Below, one piece after another: positions 1 through 14,165 of a stretch of 64,000 nt of DNA. Location of the stretch: the NCBI GenBank assembly GCA_964016885.1, contig OZ024746.1, forward strand, positions 64,294,001 through 64,358,000, in the 5' to 3' direction. This stretch comes from Eledone cirrhosa. Its lineage: Eukaryota. The stretch's first letter is position 1. The number at the start of each line of letters is the position of its first letter. Position numbers and translations under genes: made by a program. The notes under the pieces were generated by a model. It had not been told where the DNA came from and searched no databases. It worked only from the letters and a program-made list of their open reading frames with translations.

Positions 1-859
1 TGAATGTAGATGTATATGTTAGAATGTACATATGTATGTATCTATGTTTATGTGAGATTGGTAAATGTACATGTCTGTACATGCTGAAAAACATGCATTA
101 TGATGGTGGTGGGGAATAGAAAAGAGATTATCATTGAAATGATATTTCCATTCAACCATTCACTTATTAGTATTGAGCTGCTCACAACAGATCTTATGAC
201 TTTCTTTCAGAATTCAATACATGAATAAATTCTTTTACAAAACGTTTACTACAAATTGTATCGCTTGAGTTAAAAAAAAATAATAATAATAATAATAGTA
301 ATAATAATAGTAATGATAATAGTAATAATAATAGTAATGATAATAATAATGATAATGATAATAATAAGCAAAAACCATAACTTAACAAAGGATCAGAGGG
401 ATAACCTATACACAGATAATGTATGTAGACATAACCTTTGGTCTGACATTGTTTGGAGTGTAAGTTCCATAAAGCTTTATAAACTGTGTAAATGGTTTTG
501 GAAAACTTGATAAAGCAATTTTAACCTTTCATATTTTGGGACTGAACACAAAGGTTTTTGTTTATGCATTCATTCATAAATTCATTCTTGTTTTGTTTCT
601 GATAAAATAGGTTTGTGGGGTGGTGTTTAAGTTATTTATTTATCTAATTATTTATTTATTGCCAAATGTGGATATGTGTGTGAGAAGGTTTTTAATGGGT
701 TGTTGTTGTCTTGCCTTGAGGCACAACCAAACTGTTGTCATAGTAACTGTAATCATTTTGAGTCACACCTTGTAAGCTTAGACAGCTTCTTTTGAGGTTG
801 TATCTATTTTAATGTGTTAGTACGTCAACAAAAGCCCCCAGTTCATCCTGTAAGGTGAT

Positions 860-1240
860 AGTGCTGGTGCCACAACAAAAGCACCCAGTCCACCCTATAA
901 GGTGGTAGTGCCAGAGTCTCAATAAAATGTTCCCAGTACATGCTGTAGAGTGGTTGGTGTTAAGAAAAGCATCCAACCATAGAAACCATGCTCCCAGTGC
1001 ATGCTGTAAAGTGGTTGGAATTAGGAAGGGCATCTGGCCATAGAAATTATGCTCCCAGTTCATGCTGTAAAGTGGTTGGTTTTAGGAAGGGCCTCCAGCC
1101 ATGGAAAAAAAAAGCTTAAACAAAGCCTACAAGCAGGACCTAGTCACCTGACCAGTCTGGCCACAGCACATGATAGCCATGTAACCCATGCAAGCATGAC
1201 AATTACATGTTAAAAGGTGGTGATGATGATGATGATGGTG
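860..1240 (+). mobile_element. RTE-tail-type repeat with an internal 3x ~61 bp tandem
   Basis: CCCAGT.CATGCTGTAAAGTGGTTGG..TTAGGAAGGGCATC unit repeated three times (928-1105); (GAT)n tail. Confidence 0.7.
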
Positions 1241-3000
1241 ATTCATATGAAGTTTTTTGGTTGGTTTTACATTAAGATCCCTGGCCCTATCAAGTCAGTA
1301 TTTTAATCATCATCATCATCTCATCCTTCTTCTAAAAGCTGGGCCAACGTGTGGTAAAATTCCATTTTTGAATTGCCATTCTAGTTACAACTAGTCTTCC
1401 TGCTCTAAGTTTCACTTCTAAGATATAGTTTCTCCATTTTAGATAAAGTAAAAAGCTATTTATTGAAGATTAGTTACACAGTTGAATAATAAATTAGGCA
1501 ATAATCCAGCTAGCTTATTAATACTCTTTATAACAGTGGCATTTCATGGGTTTTAGATTTGAATGCTGGAAAAGAGAATGTATTCTTCAGTTATAGTTAC
1601 TGATTTGATGTGTTCTACTACCATTATTCTTCCACTATCTAATATATCCATCTAGCAAAGGATTAGGTGCTCTTCCTTTGTCTTGTTAGGATTGTTTGAC
1701 TATCTACTCTAATATCTCCGAAACTTCTGGAACTCAGAAGCTCCAATTCTTTCTTTTATTATTTTTTTATTTATCAATTATGAATCAAGATTAATAAAAA
1801 TAGATGTTGTTTTAAGATTATAATTTTCCAAACTATTAACCTCATCTTTAGAATATATGTTTACAATATTTATTTCTACACTATGCTTTGATGCTTTGCC
1901 TATACATACAGTGTTGGCTAAAAATCTATAGATATATTATGTATTAAAATTTAGCATTGAAACAAAACAGTTAAATGCATCAGTAATTTATTAATCAAAC
2001 TGGCAGCCAAATATGTGTTATATATATGTAAATTTGTCTATCTTGCTTACTAGTGGCTTACCACTAGTAACAGTATATTTGTGGGCAATTAAAATGGTAC
2101 TCAGCTTCTGATGAAACACCAACACAAAAATGAAATTAAATAGGTCGATCCTTCTTTTTTTTTCTGCCACCCATATTGTATATATAGACAAGGTGTTTAC
2201 ATAGTGTTGGATAAAAATCTATAGATATAATTAATTTGTATGGTAATTTGTTGTTCAAACTAAGTTATGATCTATCACCAACAAGAATGTTTATTGTTGG
2301 ATTTTTCAGTTGAAAATGGCTGTGTATTTTTCATGTCTGTCTTGTCAAATATGTCCTACAAAACCTGAATATCATTAAGTTGTAAATGATTTCATCTCCT
2401 CTGTTTGTTTTTGGAAGCCATCCAGTTCCACACTGTTAATGTGGTTGGTGTTAGGAAGGGCATCTAGCTGTAAAACTCCCGACCAAATTTACAGTGTTGT
2501 CGGAGCAAGGTACAGCATGGCCAATTCTGGCCAGACTTGTTTCTGAATGTGGACAATCTGTCTAATCCATGCAAGCATGGAAAATGGATGCTGAACGGTG
2601 ATGATGATGATGATGATATGTAGATAATATGTATTTCTAAACTAAAGATACTAATGACCTTATTCCCAAAACCACTGAATATTGCCAGCCTTCATTAAGA
2701 AATAAAACGTCTTTATGGACTGAGTAAATATTGAAAAGTAAGAGGCCTGATAACAACTGAAGATTGGAGTAATTAAAACAGTATATAGCAGAGACAATAT
2801 AAAGTCAAGAGCACCCTTTAGTCTGACTGAGGACATAATTTCTTTAGTGTAGTTGACATGATAAAATGTACCCAGTACTCTCCATAAGGTAGATAATGAT
2901 CAGATGTGCATCCAACCATAGTAACTGTGCCAAAAATGAAATGTTACTTCATATCCATGACTTCAAATGAAACATCAGATTGACAGCAAAGTCTTATCTG

Positions 3001-3192
3001 TAGAATAATATACAAATGTCAGGAAAGTGAACTGTGTATGAGTCATGATATACATGTGTCTGTGTGTATATCATGACTCATACACTGTTCACTTTCCTGA
3101 TATCTGTATATTATTTTATGTACTATGCATGTGCCTTTGATGAGTTGCAGTGTATCTGAGCACTGTACACAATAATTTTCATTATCATTATT
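3001..3192 (+). mobile_element. CR1-like 3' UTR fragment with palindromic (inverted) 5' part
   Basis: 3065-3192 matches 9015-9130; 3001-3055 is its reverse complement. Confidence 0.75.
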
Positions 3193-3193
3193 C

Positions 3194-3385
3194 TGGCAGT
3201 ATCGGTAGAGGGTCGGACGCCATGCTTTGTAGCACAGTTACGTCCCTTTACGAACTGAGTTCAAATCCCGCTGAGGTTAACTTTGCCTTTCATCCTTACA
3301 GGGTCGATAAAATAAAGTACCAGTAATACACTGGGATAATTGCTGGCCTTGTGCCAAAAAGTAGAAACAATTATTCATTATTATT
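3194..3385 (+). mobile_element. tRNA-derived MetaSINE
   Basis: A-box TGGCAGTATCGG, B-box GAGTTCAAATCC, core GCCTTTCATCCTTAC(G/A)GGGTCGATAAAATAAAGTACCAG, (ATT)n tail. Confidence 0.85.
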
Positions 3386-3394
3386 CCTAAGTAA

Positions 3395-3592
3395 AATCAG
3401 AAATTCTATTCTGATAGTCTCTTCTCTTGCACATCTTGCCGATGGAATTCTCTTCCAGCTTCTTGCTTTCCTGACCACTATAATTTGCAAAAATTCAAAA
3501 GCAGCATCAGTTGTAATCATTTCTCTACTTGAATTATGTTCTCTCTGTTTTGTTATTCTCCCTCCTCAGTAACTCCTTGTATTTAGTGACTT
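3395..3592 (+). repeat. Unclassified dispersed repeat, homologous to ~59638-59822
   Basis: Shared CAAAAATTCAAAAGCA and CTTGAATTATGTTCTCTCTGTTTTGTT blocks. Confidence 0.75.
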
Positions 3593-3853
3593 TAATTCCT
3601 TGCTTGAGGTGAGCCAAAAAAAAAAAAAGGGATATTGATCTTCAACATATCTAGGAAGGTAGTAACTCCAAACAAGAAATGATCTAAATCCTGACAACCA
3701 ATCTAATGCATGCCAGCATGGAAAGCAGACATAAAAATGATGATGTATACTTTAAACCTGAAACTAATTATACAGAAATGATAATGATTTCTAATTGAGG
3801 CACAAGTCCTGTAGTTTATGGAGAGGGGAAAGTTGATTATATCGATTCCATTA

Positions 3854-4030
3854 CCGTATTTCCCGGCGCCGAAGATGCTTCATCCTCGAGAACGCACCCT
3901 AATTTTGACAACCAAAAATTTGAAAAAAAAATAATAATAAAAAATGCAACTTTTGGCCTCAAGGACCCATGGTTGATTTTTTAGACTTATTTTAGAAAAA
4001 AAGTAGCATCTTCGACGCTGAGAAATACGC
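3854..4030. mobile_element. Tc1/mariner-type (Tc2/pogo-like) MITE nested in an old minus-strand MetaSINE
   Basis: TA-CCGTATTTCCCGGCG..AAGATGCT / AGCATCTT..CGCTGAGAAATACGC TIRs; SINE halves at 3781-3851 and 4033-4150. Confidence 0.75.
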
Positions 4031-6094
4031 TGTTTAACTGTTATTTTATTTTATCAACCTTGAAAGGATAAAAACCAAAGTTGAACTCAGAACATAAAAG
4101 TTTATAACTAAATGCCTCAAAATATTTTGTCCAACACTCTAATGATTCTGTTAAAGTTGGTGAAAAAAACCATCAAAATATAATATAAGCTGATCCCACT
4201 CCCCTTCTACTGGTAGTATTTTGGTAACATATGCCTCAGTTTATATTCAGTATATATGGTAGGTTTAAATGTGTGTGATAGGAGGAAGGACAGTACTTTC
4301 TATTTCAGTAAGTTAATTATAGGATAGTAATTATGAACCATGACAGCTATTTCACCTCTCCAATATTTCCAGCCACCAAAATATCAGGTGCCTCAAGTTT
4401 TGTTCAGTTTGTTTGCTTGATTTATTATTTGATTGTTTATTGGTGTAGCTCCAACACTAATTTAGTTAGAAACTCGAAATTGTTTGATAATGATTATTAA
4501 ACAATATATATATATATATATATATGCTAGCAGAGAAAGCAGACGTTAAATGACAATGATGAGGATGATGATATATATATATATATTTGTTTGGAAAATG
4601 TTGGCTTCTTAAGCAAATTATGCATGGTAGATGAGTTCTGTAGTGAACTGACATAGTCATTAGAACATCCAATAGAATTCTTTGGGGCACCCTGAGTTCA
4701 AATCCCATGAAGGTCAACTTTGTTTTTCTCTTTTTGAGGTCGATAAAAAATATCCCAGTCTAGTACTGGGGTTAATTCTTCTTCTTGATCTCATTCCCAC
4801 TTTCTTTTTCTAAAAGATATTAGCTGTTTTAAGACTTGTATAGGAGATGGGCTCCATCAGGTTTTAAAAATGCCCAAGAAATATCATGTGTCACTACAGC
4901 ATCCCTATGTATACATCAGTAGATGAGTTCTAGACACACACCAGGACTGAGAATAACCAAGACTTATCTGTACCCACCGTAAGAGTGTGTTTCCACAACA
5001 GAGTTTGTGATCTCCTGGTTTTAGACTGTTTTATGGAGCTCAGGCAGTGTTATCCAACCGGATGTGTAATTTAGTAAAATATAATTCAGTAGACCAGTTC
5101 TGTTCCTACACAAATCCTGTCACAATCTAGATTGTTTTAACCTCTGGAAGTGACAGACATGCACTTGACATCACTGTAGCTCATTGTATTCTGTCATGTC
5201 CATGACTGGTGTGATATTGTCATCAAGCTGCTGGATCAAGGACCAGTAACTGTTTAGTATGTGAATCTCTACTGGGAGGAAGACCTTCATCAGTTTAATG
5301 ACCAGTTATTCTACACTGAGCTGGATTAAGTTCTTTTGAAGCCCTAAGCATGTAAAAGATTATGGTTCTTCCTCCTGCTCCTCCACCCATATATAAAGTC
5401 TGAAAAATGTTTTTTTACATTGAAAAATACATTTAAATTGAATAAAATGCTTCCCCTTTTTCCTTGAGGCCCTGGCCATGTACTTGTTTTATGTAAGGGT
5501 TAATCCAGCCCTGATTCTACCCAAAACTACCCAGAGACAGTTCCTTTCCAAACCCAAATTTCATCTCTACCACAGTACAAACAGCTCATTTTGTCTTCTC
5601 TGCTTCTTTCTACAGCCACCAAGCTCATTTGCAAAACACTTTGAACTTCTACTATCTTCTTCATTCCTTAATTTCATTAGCCTAACATTCCCAACTATTC
5701 ATAATTTCTGCTTGTAGCTACCCCACCGAGCTAGTCACCAGCATAGCTATCCCACTGAACTTGACACCAGTATAGTTGCTGCACCAAATTTGTTACTAGC
5801 TACCCCACTGAATGAGTTGCCAGTTACTTAGACCAACCTGGTTTCTGCTCATCCATCCTATACCAAGCACATCAATCATACTCTCCACCCACTTCATCTC
5901 CCATCCTTCCCTCCAAGACCCTTTAAATTCCTCTTCATCATACACATCTGTATATTGACATTCTCTATACTAACAGCCTCAGTCCTCATATTCTTCTTTG
6001 ACCACCACATCAGACTTGAACCCAATACCTCTACAATTCTCTGTTTGTTGAAATTGTTCTCTCTCTCTAAATTCTGTATTTGTTGCTGGTGATT

Positions 6095-6570
6095 TCTATT
6101 AACTTATTTGTAGGTTACATTAAAACTCAACTTTTCATCCTATTTACTGGGCTGACCTCTCATCAGTACAGCCATTACAATGATGGTAGTATTGGTGCCT
6201 GCCATATCACTTACCAGAGAGCAATACATGCTTTTTATAATCTTTCATCAGTAATTTCTACCTCACACTGAAGTTCACATCTGCTACCTCTAATACCTTC
6301 CTAGACATTTCTCTCTCAAACGACGCCATCTACCATTCCTCTTTGCTTTAATATACAACTACAGACTGTCACTCCTATCTCAACTTTTCTTCCTCACATT
6401 CCATTCACACCAAATTTACCATCTTCTATTCACAATTCCTCTGGTTCCACTGCTTCTGTAGCAAAAACCTTGACTTCATTTCCAACTTGAAGCAAATGCA
6501 GTATTTTCTATATTCATGCAGATACCTTCAATAATATATCATAGATGCTGCCTTCCACTCAGCACAATCC
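6095..6570 (+). pseudogene. Highly degenerate PLE (Neptune-like) RT/thumb fragment
   Basis: NLFVGYIKTQLF..TG..HYNDGSIGA (decayed YIDD), PFLDISLS, TDCHSYLNFSSSH...YSQFL...CS across frames. Confidence 0.7.
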
Positions 6571-6978
6571 ATCAGCCATAAAAATATTTTTTATTGTTAT
6601 ATGGTAGATATTTTCTTGCATTGTGTTCTATATATATATGTGTCGATAGTTATATGTACATATGCATATTCTATGGTGTGCAGTTGTGTGTATACACTGT
6701 GCATATGACTGTACAAACTATGTGTGGTATATCAGCAGTACGTATGTTTGGATTATGCTTGTTTAAACTTGATATAATTCACTGCAGCAAATAGGAGCAG
6801 CAATCTAAAATTGAAGATTGATTCATCGGTTTGCTGTACTGAGTTCAGTGTCACACATGAGAAAAGTTACCTATAATGTAGTAGAACAGTTGTATCTGAA
6901 GAAACTAATGATATTCTGTGTTGGCAAATAGTTAAATAAAGAGTTGAATCATCGACATTGTCATCATCATCACCATCA

Positions 6979-7037
<59 letters not shown>

Positions 7038-7145
7038 ATATAGAAATAGCTTCTACAGGACTAGAACTGTTTCATTCATAAGAAATCATACATACATACA
7101 TTTCATACATATAAACACATACATATACAGATTATTTATATATAC

Positions 7146-7308
<163 letters not shown>

Positions 7309-8862
7309 ATTGTTTTATATAACATCCATTTTCTCTGCAAACAAGGGTTGGACGGGTTGTCATAGACCAAGTCAGTACTCAGTTGACGCCACTGATCTCA
7401 CACATTACAGAGAGTACTGGGTGCATTTTATCATGGCACCATTACTGGGTAAGTCATTATGTATTTAGCATAACACTACTTTTTGTTTTGTAAGTTTTCT
7501 ACTGCTGGATGTCCTTCCTATCATCAACCACTTTATAGTGTGTATTGGTTGCATTTTATCATGTCACCAACACCAGATGACATTTATATAACTGAAAAGT
7601 CCTCTCAATTTTTTTTTGCCATCGTTTCCACAACTTGTTGCCCTACAAATATTATAGGGTGTATTGGGTACATTTTTAATGGCACCAGCACTGGAGACGT
7701 TGTTGTGTTACAACTGAAAGCTCATTTCAACTCTTTTTGGCATGGTTTCTATAGCTGGAAGCCCTTCCTTATACCAACAGCTTTACAGAGTAGAGTATAC
7801 TGGATACATTTATCATTTCATCAGCACTAGGAGAGTTGGAGGTGAAGATGCCATGGGTACAATCAAAGAAATAAGCTAAACAAAGTACAAAACCAAAGAC
7901 ACCTAATATTTTGGTGGTTAACTATGTTTACAGTGATGCCCAAAAGGGAAATAGTACAGTAGACTTTGGAACAGATATTTTAGTCTAGAAGATAATCCCT
8001 TAATGAGTTGAATCTGAATCTGTTGAGTCCTTATTGAATTTGTTTCCTTCATCTTTTGTTGATGATCTTTAGGAAAGTTGTAGATGATACGATTCTCACT
8101 CCTGTGTCTCTCAACACTTTCATTATTATATTTCTAATGAAATACATTGCTTATGTATTTAAGTTAATTTTGAAAGTAATTAAACATTTGTAGGAATTTA
8201 ATCAAATAACTAACTTTTTCATGAGTAAGCCAATATTTAGAACATTACTTAACAAACATTTCTTAAATAAAATTGTCATGTAATGATTAAACATAACTAT
8301 AAACATTTTAAAATGGATAGTTTTGTATCATAACTGCAAGGCAGTTGCTAGTGGTTTGGTGTTAAAATGTTAAAGCAATTCTTAATTTCAATCTCTGTGC
8401 CAGACAACAGGTAACTACTTCAGAATATGCTTGATGAAAAATACAAAAATTGTCTCAGAATAAATTACTAAACAATCATTTTCTACAAAAAAGAATTGGT
8501 TTTTGTGTTTTTTATGTCTTTTATTGTTTTTTCTGTCCTGCTTAGAATGGGATTGTATTTGGGAGAACAATGGCTTTTACAGCTGGATGTCAGCTTTGTT
8601 GCTACTAATGAATCAGCTATGTTGTTTAAACAGATATCCTTGTAACTCAGATAAACTGAGACATGGGCAGCTTCTAGTAACCATCCATTTAATAACAGAA
8701 AACCAACCTATAACACTTGAGGTTTGACAAACAGAGATTGATAAAATAAGTATGATAGTATTTAAGGATGTGCGTCAGCATGGCCACAGTCTAATGACTG
8801 ACTGAAATCAGAGAAAAGCAATTAACAGGAAGAGACAGAAAAGAGAAAAAAATGGAGGAGAG

Positions 8863-9130
8863 AAACATTTGTTCATGCTCAGAGTTGCTGAAGCATGGAA
8901 CAAACTACCTGCATCAGTTATTAGCGGTCGAGACACTGCATCCTTTAAAACCTCCATGCTTGCTGAAATTCGCCAACACTACATCTGATGTCCCCACTCC
9001 ATACACACACACACATGTATTTCATGACTCAAACACTGTTCATTTCCCTGACATTTGTACATTATTCTATGCACCTTTGATGAGTTGTAGTGCACCTGAG
9101 CACTGTACACAATAATTTCATTATTATTAG
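8863..9130 (+). mobile_element. CR1-like LINE 3' end
   Basis: KHLFMLRVAEAWNKLPASVISGRDTASFKTSML..* followed by 3' UTR and (ATT)n. Confidence 0.8.
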
Positions 9131-9636
9131 AAAGAAAATTAAATGATAAAGAAAAGAGGGAAGGGGTAGACGAGGGGAAAAACTGTAGACTCTTGATCAA
9201 GTGGTATATCTTAGAAACACACCACAAACAACATAGCAAATGCATTGATGCAAAAAAAATAAAAACAGTCAGCATTTCATGCTGTATCAGCCATTCCACC
9301 TCATGGGGTTCCTTTTCAATCCTCATGTCACCCTGAGAAAGTTTTTGTAGAGAGAAATTAATTTACTAAATTGGAAGAAAATATAATTTTTATACTAAAG
9401 TTCCAAGGCCTGCATTGTAAAATAGTGGAAATTGCTTATTGTTATCACTTCTGTTTCAATAACAATAACTGGCTGATAACTTTAAGCAGCAGATATAACA
9501 ATATCTGGATCTTAGATTCTAATATGCAGCTAGTTCTTCATTCTTTTTAAATAAAGAGCTTAGGTCCATTTAATTTTGATAACATTATCTATAGTTATAA
9601 TAAACATCTTCCTCTGTATGTACATATGTGTTTGTA

Positions 9637-9679
<43 letters not shown>

Positions 9680-9688
<9 letters not shown>

Positions 9689-10079
9689 TAAACGGAATAG
9701 AAAATGCTGACAAATTGTTCACAGTTGAAAAATGGTTTAATTAGGAATAAAAAAGTATTAGTGATTGTATGGGTTAGTATTCAGTTGTGGTTTTAAGTTT
9801 TTATGTTTTTACCGGTTGCGCATTTCTAAATGCTTTTCAAAAATAATTTTGAGATAGAGTGTCCGTGCTGTTTGCTCGGCCGAGCAAACAGCACGGACAC
9901 TCTATCTCAAAATTATTTTTGAAAAGCATTTAGAAATGCGCAACCGGTAAAAACTTAAAAACTTAAAACCACAACTGAATACTAACCCATACAATCACTA
10001 ATACTCTTTTATTCCTAATTAAACCATTTTTCAACTGTGAACAATTTGTCAGCATTTTCTATTCCGTTTACCAATATAT
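9680..10079. repeat. Near-perfect 400 bp palindrome with no spacer
   Basis: Centre CTCGG|CCGAG at 9879/9880; ~200 bp arms with very few mismatches; between (TA)n tracts. Confidence 0.95.
9915..9953 (+). ncRNA. Variant hammerhead-like motif (U3-A8; GAAA changed to GCAA); mirror copy in left arm
   Basis: TTT-TTGAAAA-GCATT TAGA AATGC-GCAA-CCGG-TA-AAA; homologous to the 18658 family. Confidence 0.6.
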
Positions 10080-10142
10080 AATAACTTGTGTGTTACACCT
10101 CTATTCTTTTAACTATATATATATATATATATATATATACAT

Positions 10143-10193
<51 letters not shown>

Positions 10194-10252
10194 CACACAC
10201 ATATATATACACATATATATATATATACACTTATATATATATATACACACAC

Positions 10253-10367
<115 letters not shown>

Positions 10368-10394
10368 TATATATACACACACATATATATATAT

Positions 10395-10444
<50 letters not shown>

Positions 10445-10614
10445 GTACGTACACATATACACCAATAATACCAGCCACACTAATATAATACACCAGTATC
10501 TGCACTCGGAACACCATAGCTGCCATCCACTCTTAATAATATATACATATTATGTCTCTGTAGGGAGCACATTTTTGTTTTGATCTTTCTTTTTGATCTC
10601 CATAGGTAATACAT

Positions 10615-10692
<78 letters not shown>
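10615..10692. repeat. (TAG)n microsatellite
   Basis: Pure trinucleotide run. Confidence 0.99.
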
Positions 10693-11928
10693 GGGTTGTG
10701 ATGTAGTTTACTTGAATATATTGAAGTCAGTATTTGAACCATTGATTCTAATAAGTGAATAATTTTTTATTCATTTTAAATAAAATGTTTGGGTGCCACT
10801 AATTTTGGTAACAATGACTGTTTGATAATATTATCTTTGATTAAAGTGAATGGCTTCTACTGTATTGATTTTTAAATTTGTTACAGGGATACAACTGTCA
10901 AGGGAAGGGTGTAATAAATTTAATCAAAGTTAACTGTGGCAAGATTTTAATTCACTATGTAAAGGGTCATAGCTAAATACTGCAAGGCCTTGAATCAGGC
11001 ACAGTGTTGTTTTTGTCAATCCAGTCTTATACTAGCATTGTAATATTCATCAGAGTAATATATTTTACCTAAAGACATTTCTAATACATCCTTTGCATAC
11101 TTCTAATTTTCTAGAATGTTGTTGCAGTTTGTTGCAGACTACACCAACCTCATTAAAATGATTGAAATTATTGTGATATTTGTGAAATAGAAATTAATTT
11201 GAACTTTTTCCTTTGAATTAAATCCTGAAGATTGTAGGCTGTAAATGACTGAGAAATATCTTATAGATTAGTTTATATTTTCTTTTGACAGGTTTGATTA
11301 ATCAAATTTCCTGGGAAATAAACATTCAGAACTAATGCATAAAACATGTAGTCATGCTTTCAACAAGATACAAGTGCATAATTAAACTGTCTTTGATATA
11401 TTGATATTTAACACAGAATATAGGAAAATGAATATTGATTAACAAATTAGATATTGTAATCTTTATGAGCAACTTAAAATAACATAGGAAATCAACATTT
11501 GTATAAACAATTTAAAACAACACAGGAAATATCTCAACAAATATTTGGTTAACAAAATGCAAAGCGAAAACAAATAGGAAGAAATGCTCTTTAATATTAT
11601 AGAATTTGACACTAAACTGTAAAAATAGATAAAATGAGCATTGATTCACAAATTAGATAAAATAAAATTTCTGTCTTTAAACAAATAACATTAAGAAATG
11701 GTTTAAGATTTCACTCATCTTGATTTTTAGTTTTATGAATGAGAAACAGATATCTCTTGGTGCAATATGCAAACCTTGAACAGGGTAAATTTTTTGATGA
11801 TCCGGTATTTAATTTAGAAGATAAGAAGTTAGCTTACCAATCACTAAGTTTTAGCTTCCATCCCAAAGCATGGCACTTGGAACATTTGTTTTCTACAATC
11901 CAACCAATACCTTGTATGGAAGCCCAAT

Positions 11929-11992
<64 letters not shown>

Positions 11993-12160
11993 CAATATAT
12001 TTAGAAACACACAGATACATGCGGACACACACATATACATGAATGCATCCACACCCAACCGTGAGTTAAGGGTGCCAACCTCACCGATGTTGCTCAATGA
12101 ATGACTGGGACAGACCAATCCGGTTGAACTAGACTGAACCAGTATCAGAGTTAAAATCAC

Positions 12161-12596
12161 ATTATGAAGAGAGAAGAAACATTTAGATATAATTAGTAAT
12201 AAAATGTATCATACCTAAACTGCTCCTAGATTCCTCGACTACGTAGTTTCGTGGCATAAACAAAAACAATACATCATAAAGATATAGAGTCCTTGCGAGG
12301 TCTGCCGACTTATCAAGAGGATACCTCATTTTACTAGTCTCAAGAACGCGTCTACACGACGTGAGAAAGAATCCCAAAAGGCGGAGGGGGAGATAGTCAC
12401 CGTCGTGTAGACGCGTTCTTGAGACTAGTAAAATGAGGTATCCTCTTGATAAGTCGGCAGACCTCGCAAGGACTCTATATCTTTATGATGTATTGTTTTT
12501 GTTTATGCCACGAAACTACGTAGTCGAGGAATCTAGGAGCAGTTTAGGTATGATACATTTTATTACTAATTATATCTAAATGTTTCTTCTCTCTTC

Positions 12597-12601
<5 letters not shown>
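12161..12601. repeat. Inverted repeat, ~201 bp arms, 39 bp spacer
   Basis: 12161-12361 is the reverse complement of 12401-12601; ends in (TA)n. Confidence 0.95.
12441..12530 (+). ncRNA. Variant hammerhead (U3-A8) with extended stem II; mirror copy at 12232-12321 (-)
   Basis: TCCTC-TTGATAA-GT(C)GGCA...TGCCAC-GAAA-CTACGTAG-TC-GAGGA. Confidence 0.8.
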
Positions 12602-12658
<57 letters not shown>

Positions 12659-12832
12659 TATATGTATATATATAAATAAATATATACGGGTGTGTATGAT
12701 TGTGTATAGAAGATTATATTAATAAAAGGAATTCCAACTTTGTCTGATTTACTCGTTTTATTTACAATCCTTAAAATTATAATGGTATTAGAATGAAATA
12801 GTATGGTAGAATATTAAATGTTAATTGTTAAT

Positions 12833-12871
12833 TGAACAAGTACTTTCATGCTTTCGCAATCTTCAGCTTCA
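12833..12871 (-). ncRNA. Minimal hammerhead (U10.1/U11.1 variant); relatives at 18267-18305 (-) and 18344-18377 (+)
   Basis: Consensus of three copies: TGAAC-CTGAAGA-T-TGC GAAA GCA-T-GAAA-GTAC-TT-GTTCA. Confidence 0.7.
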
Positions 12872-12962
12872 TATTCTGTGGCAACAGTCAAGTTTGCAAT
12901 TTTCAACTGTGTATATATGTATATATATATGTATATATATATGTATATATATATAAATACAT

Positions 12963-13065
12963 ATAAGTTTATCCCGGGTTCAATTGGGGGTAACCACAGT
13001 AAGTAAAGTACTCAATACATACCACTTACTGTGGTTACCCCCAATTGAACCAAGGATAAACTTAT
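12963..13065. repeat. Inverted repeat, ~42 bp arms
   Basis: ATAAGTTTATCC..GGTAACCACAGTAAGT / ACTTACTGTGGTTACC..GGATAAACTTAT. Confidence 0.9.
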
Positions 13066-13269
13066 CTTTTAGCACTTACTGTGCCCTTCTTAACCATCAC
13101 CAAGAAGAAGCCATTTCTATATTAGATATATATATACATATATATACATATATATATAAAGAATTAGTATATCTACCAACATATATATACAGATGCATAC
13201 CTATGCTAGCAAATATATAGGTTTTGTCTTAGTAACTTTGTGGTTCAATGCAAGGGGATGCAGAACAAT

Positions 13270-13386
13270 TATATGAAAGACGTAAAATAAGAAAATTATA
13301 AAAATTAACTTACTTACTAAAATTTCACTCAAATTTTAGTAAGTAAGTTAATTTTTATAATTTTCTTATTTTACGTCTTTCATATA
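13270..13386. repeat. Palindrome, ~56 bp arms, 5 bp loop
   Basis: Arms are exact reverse complements around CACTC; ends in (TA)n. Confidence 0.9.
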
Positions 13387-13499
13387 TATATATATATATA
13401 TATGTTATAGAATACTATTAGCTTCGCGCTAAAACAATTTCTATACCTCTCATTTATACATTTATATATATTTAGAGAGAGAGATAGATATAGAAGTTT

Positions 13500-14165
13500 C
13501 TACTCAAGCTATGGGACTCATTCTAAATTTCAACAAAACCAAATACATGACCATCAAGCAGCAAACATGAAATCATTAAACAATACTGTTCTAAAAAAAG
13601 TAGACGATTTCAAATACTTTGGCATATACACCAACTCGTTAAATGATATAAACAACAGAATAGGACAAGCATGGTCTACTGTAAGCTTGCTAGATAAGGT
13701 GTGGAAATCTAACATAACCACAAAAACAAAAGTTAGATTATTCAAAACTACAGAGGAATCAATCTTACTGTATTCCTCTGAATTATGGTCAGTGACAATA
13801 CCTATCACCAAAGCTTTAGATGGTTGTTAAACATGAATGCTAAGAAGGATGAAAAACATCAAACCTCTTGACCATATTACAAACAAAATTGTCTATGGCA
13901 ACCTCCCAGCCATTAGTCATACCATCCGTGTCAGGCATCTTCAACTTGCAGGTTGTGATACGAGAGGCAACAAACCTACAACAAAACTGTTATAATAGGA
14001 GCCCACTAATGTGATACACAAATGAGGAAGACCTCTCAAGATATTAAAGAGAGTCATTGAAGAAGATAAAGATTTATCCGGTGAAGAACTGAGGCAGTTA
14101 ATATGGGATTGTGGGAAATGGAAGGGTTTTATCATGTCACCACAAAGAAGTGGATGAATTTAAGA
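13500..14165 (+). pseudogene. Degenerate RTE-type LINE 3' fragment (a different family)
   Basis: KVDDFKYFG...DINNRIGQAW...KVRLFKT..ESILLYSSELW; stops downstream; GRPL motif near 14026. Confidence 0.8.

Noticed and set aside
928-1105. Regular ~61 bp repeats resembling a CRISPR array
   Set aside because: Eukaryotic context, whole units repeat without unique spacers, no cas genes; derived from an RTE/SINE tail
2105-2150. CTGATGA...GAAA...GTC
   Set aside because: No stem II or stem III pairing
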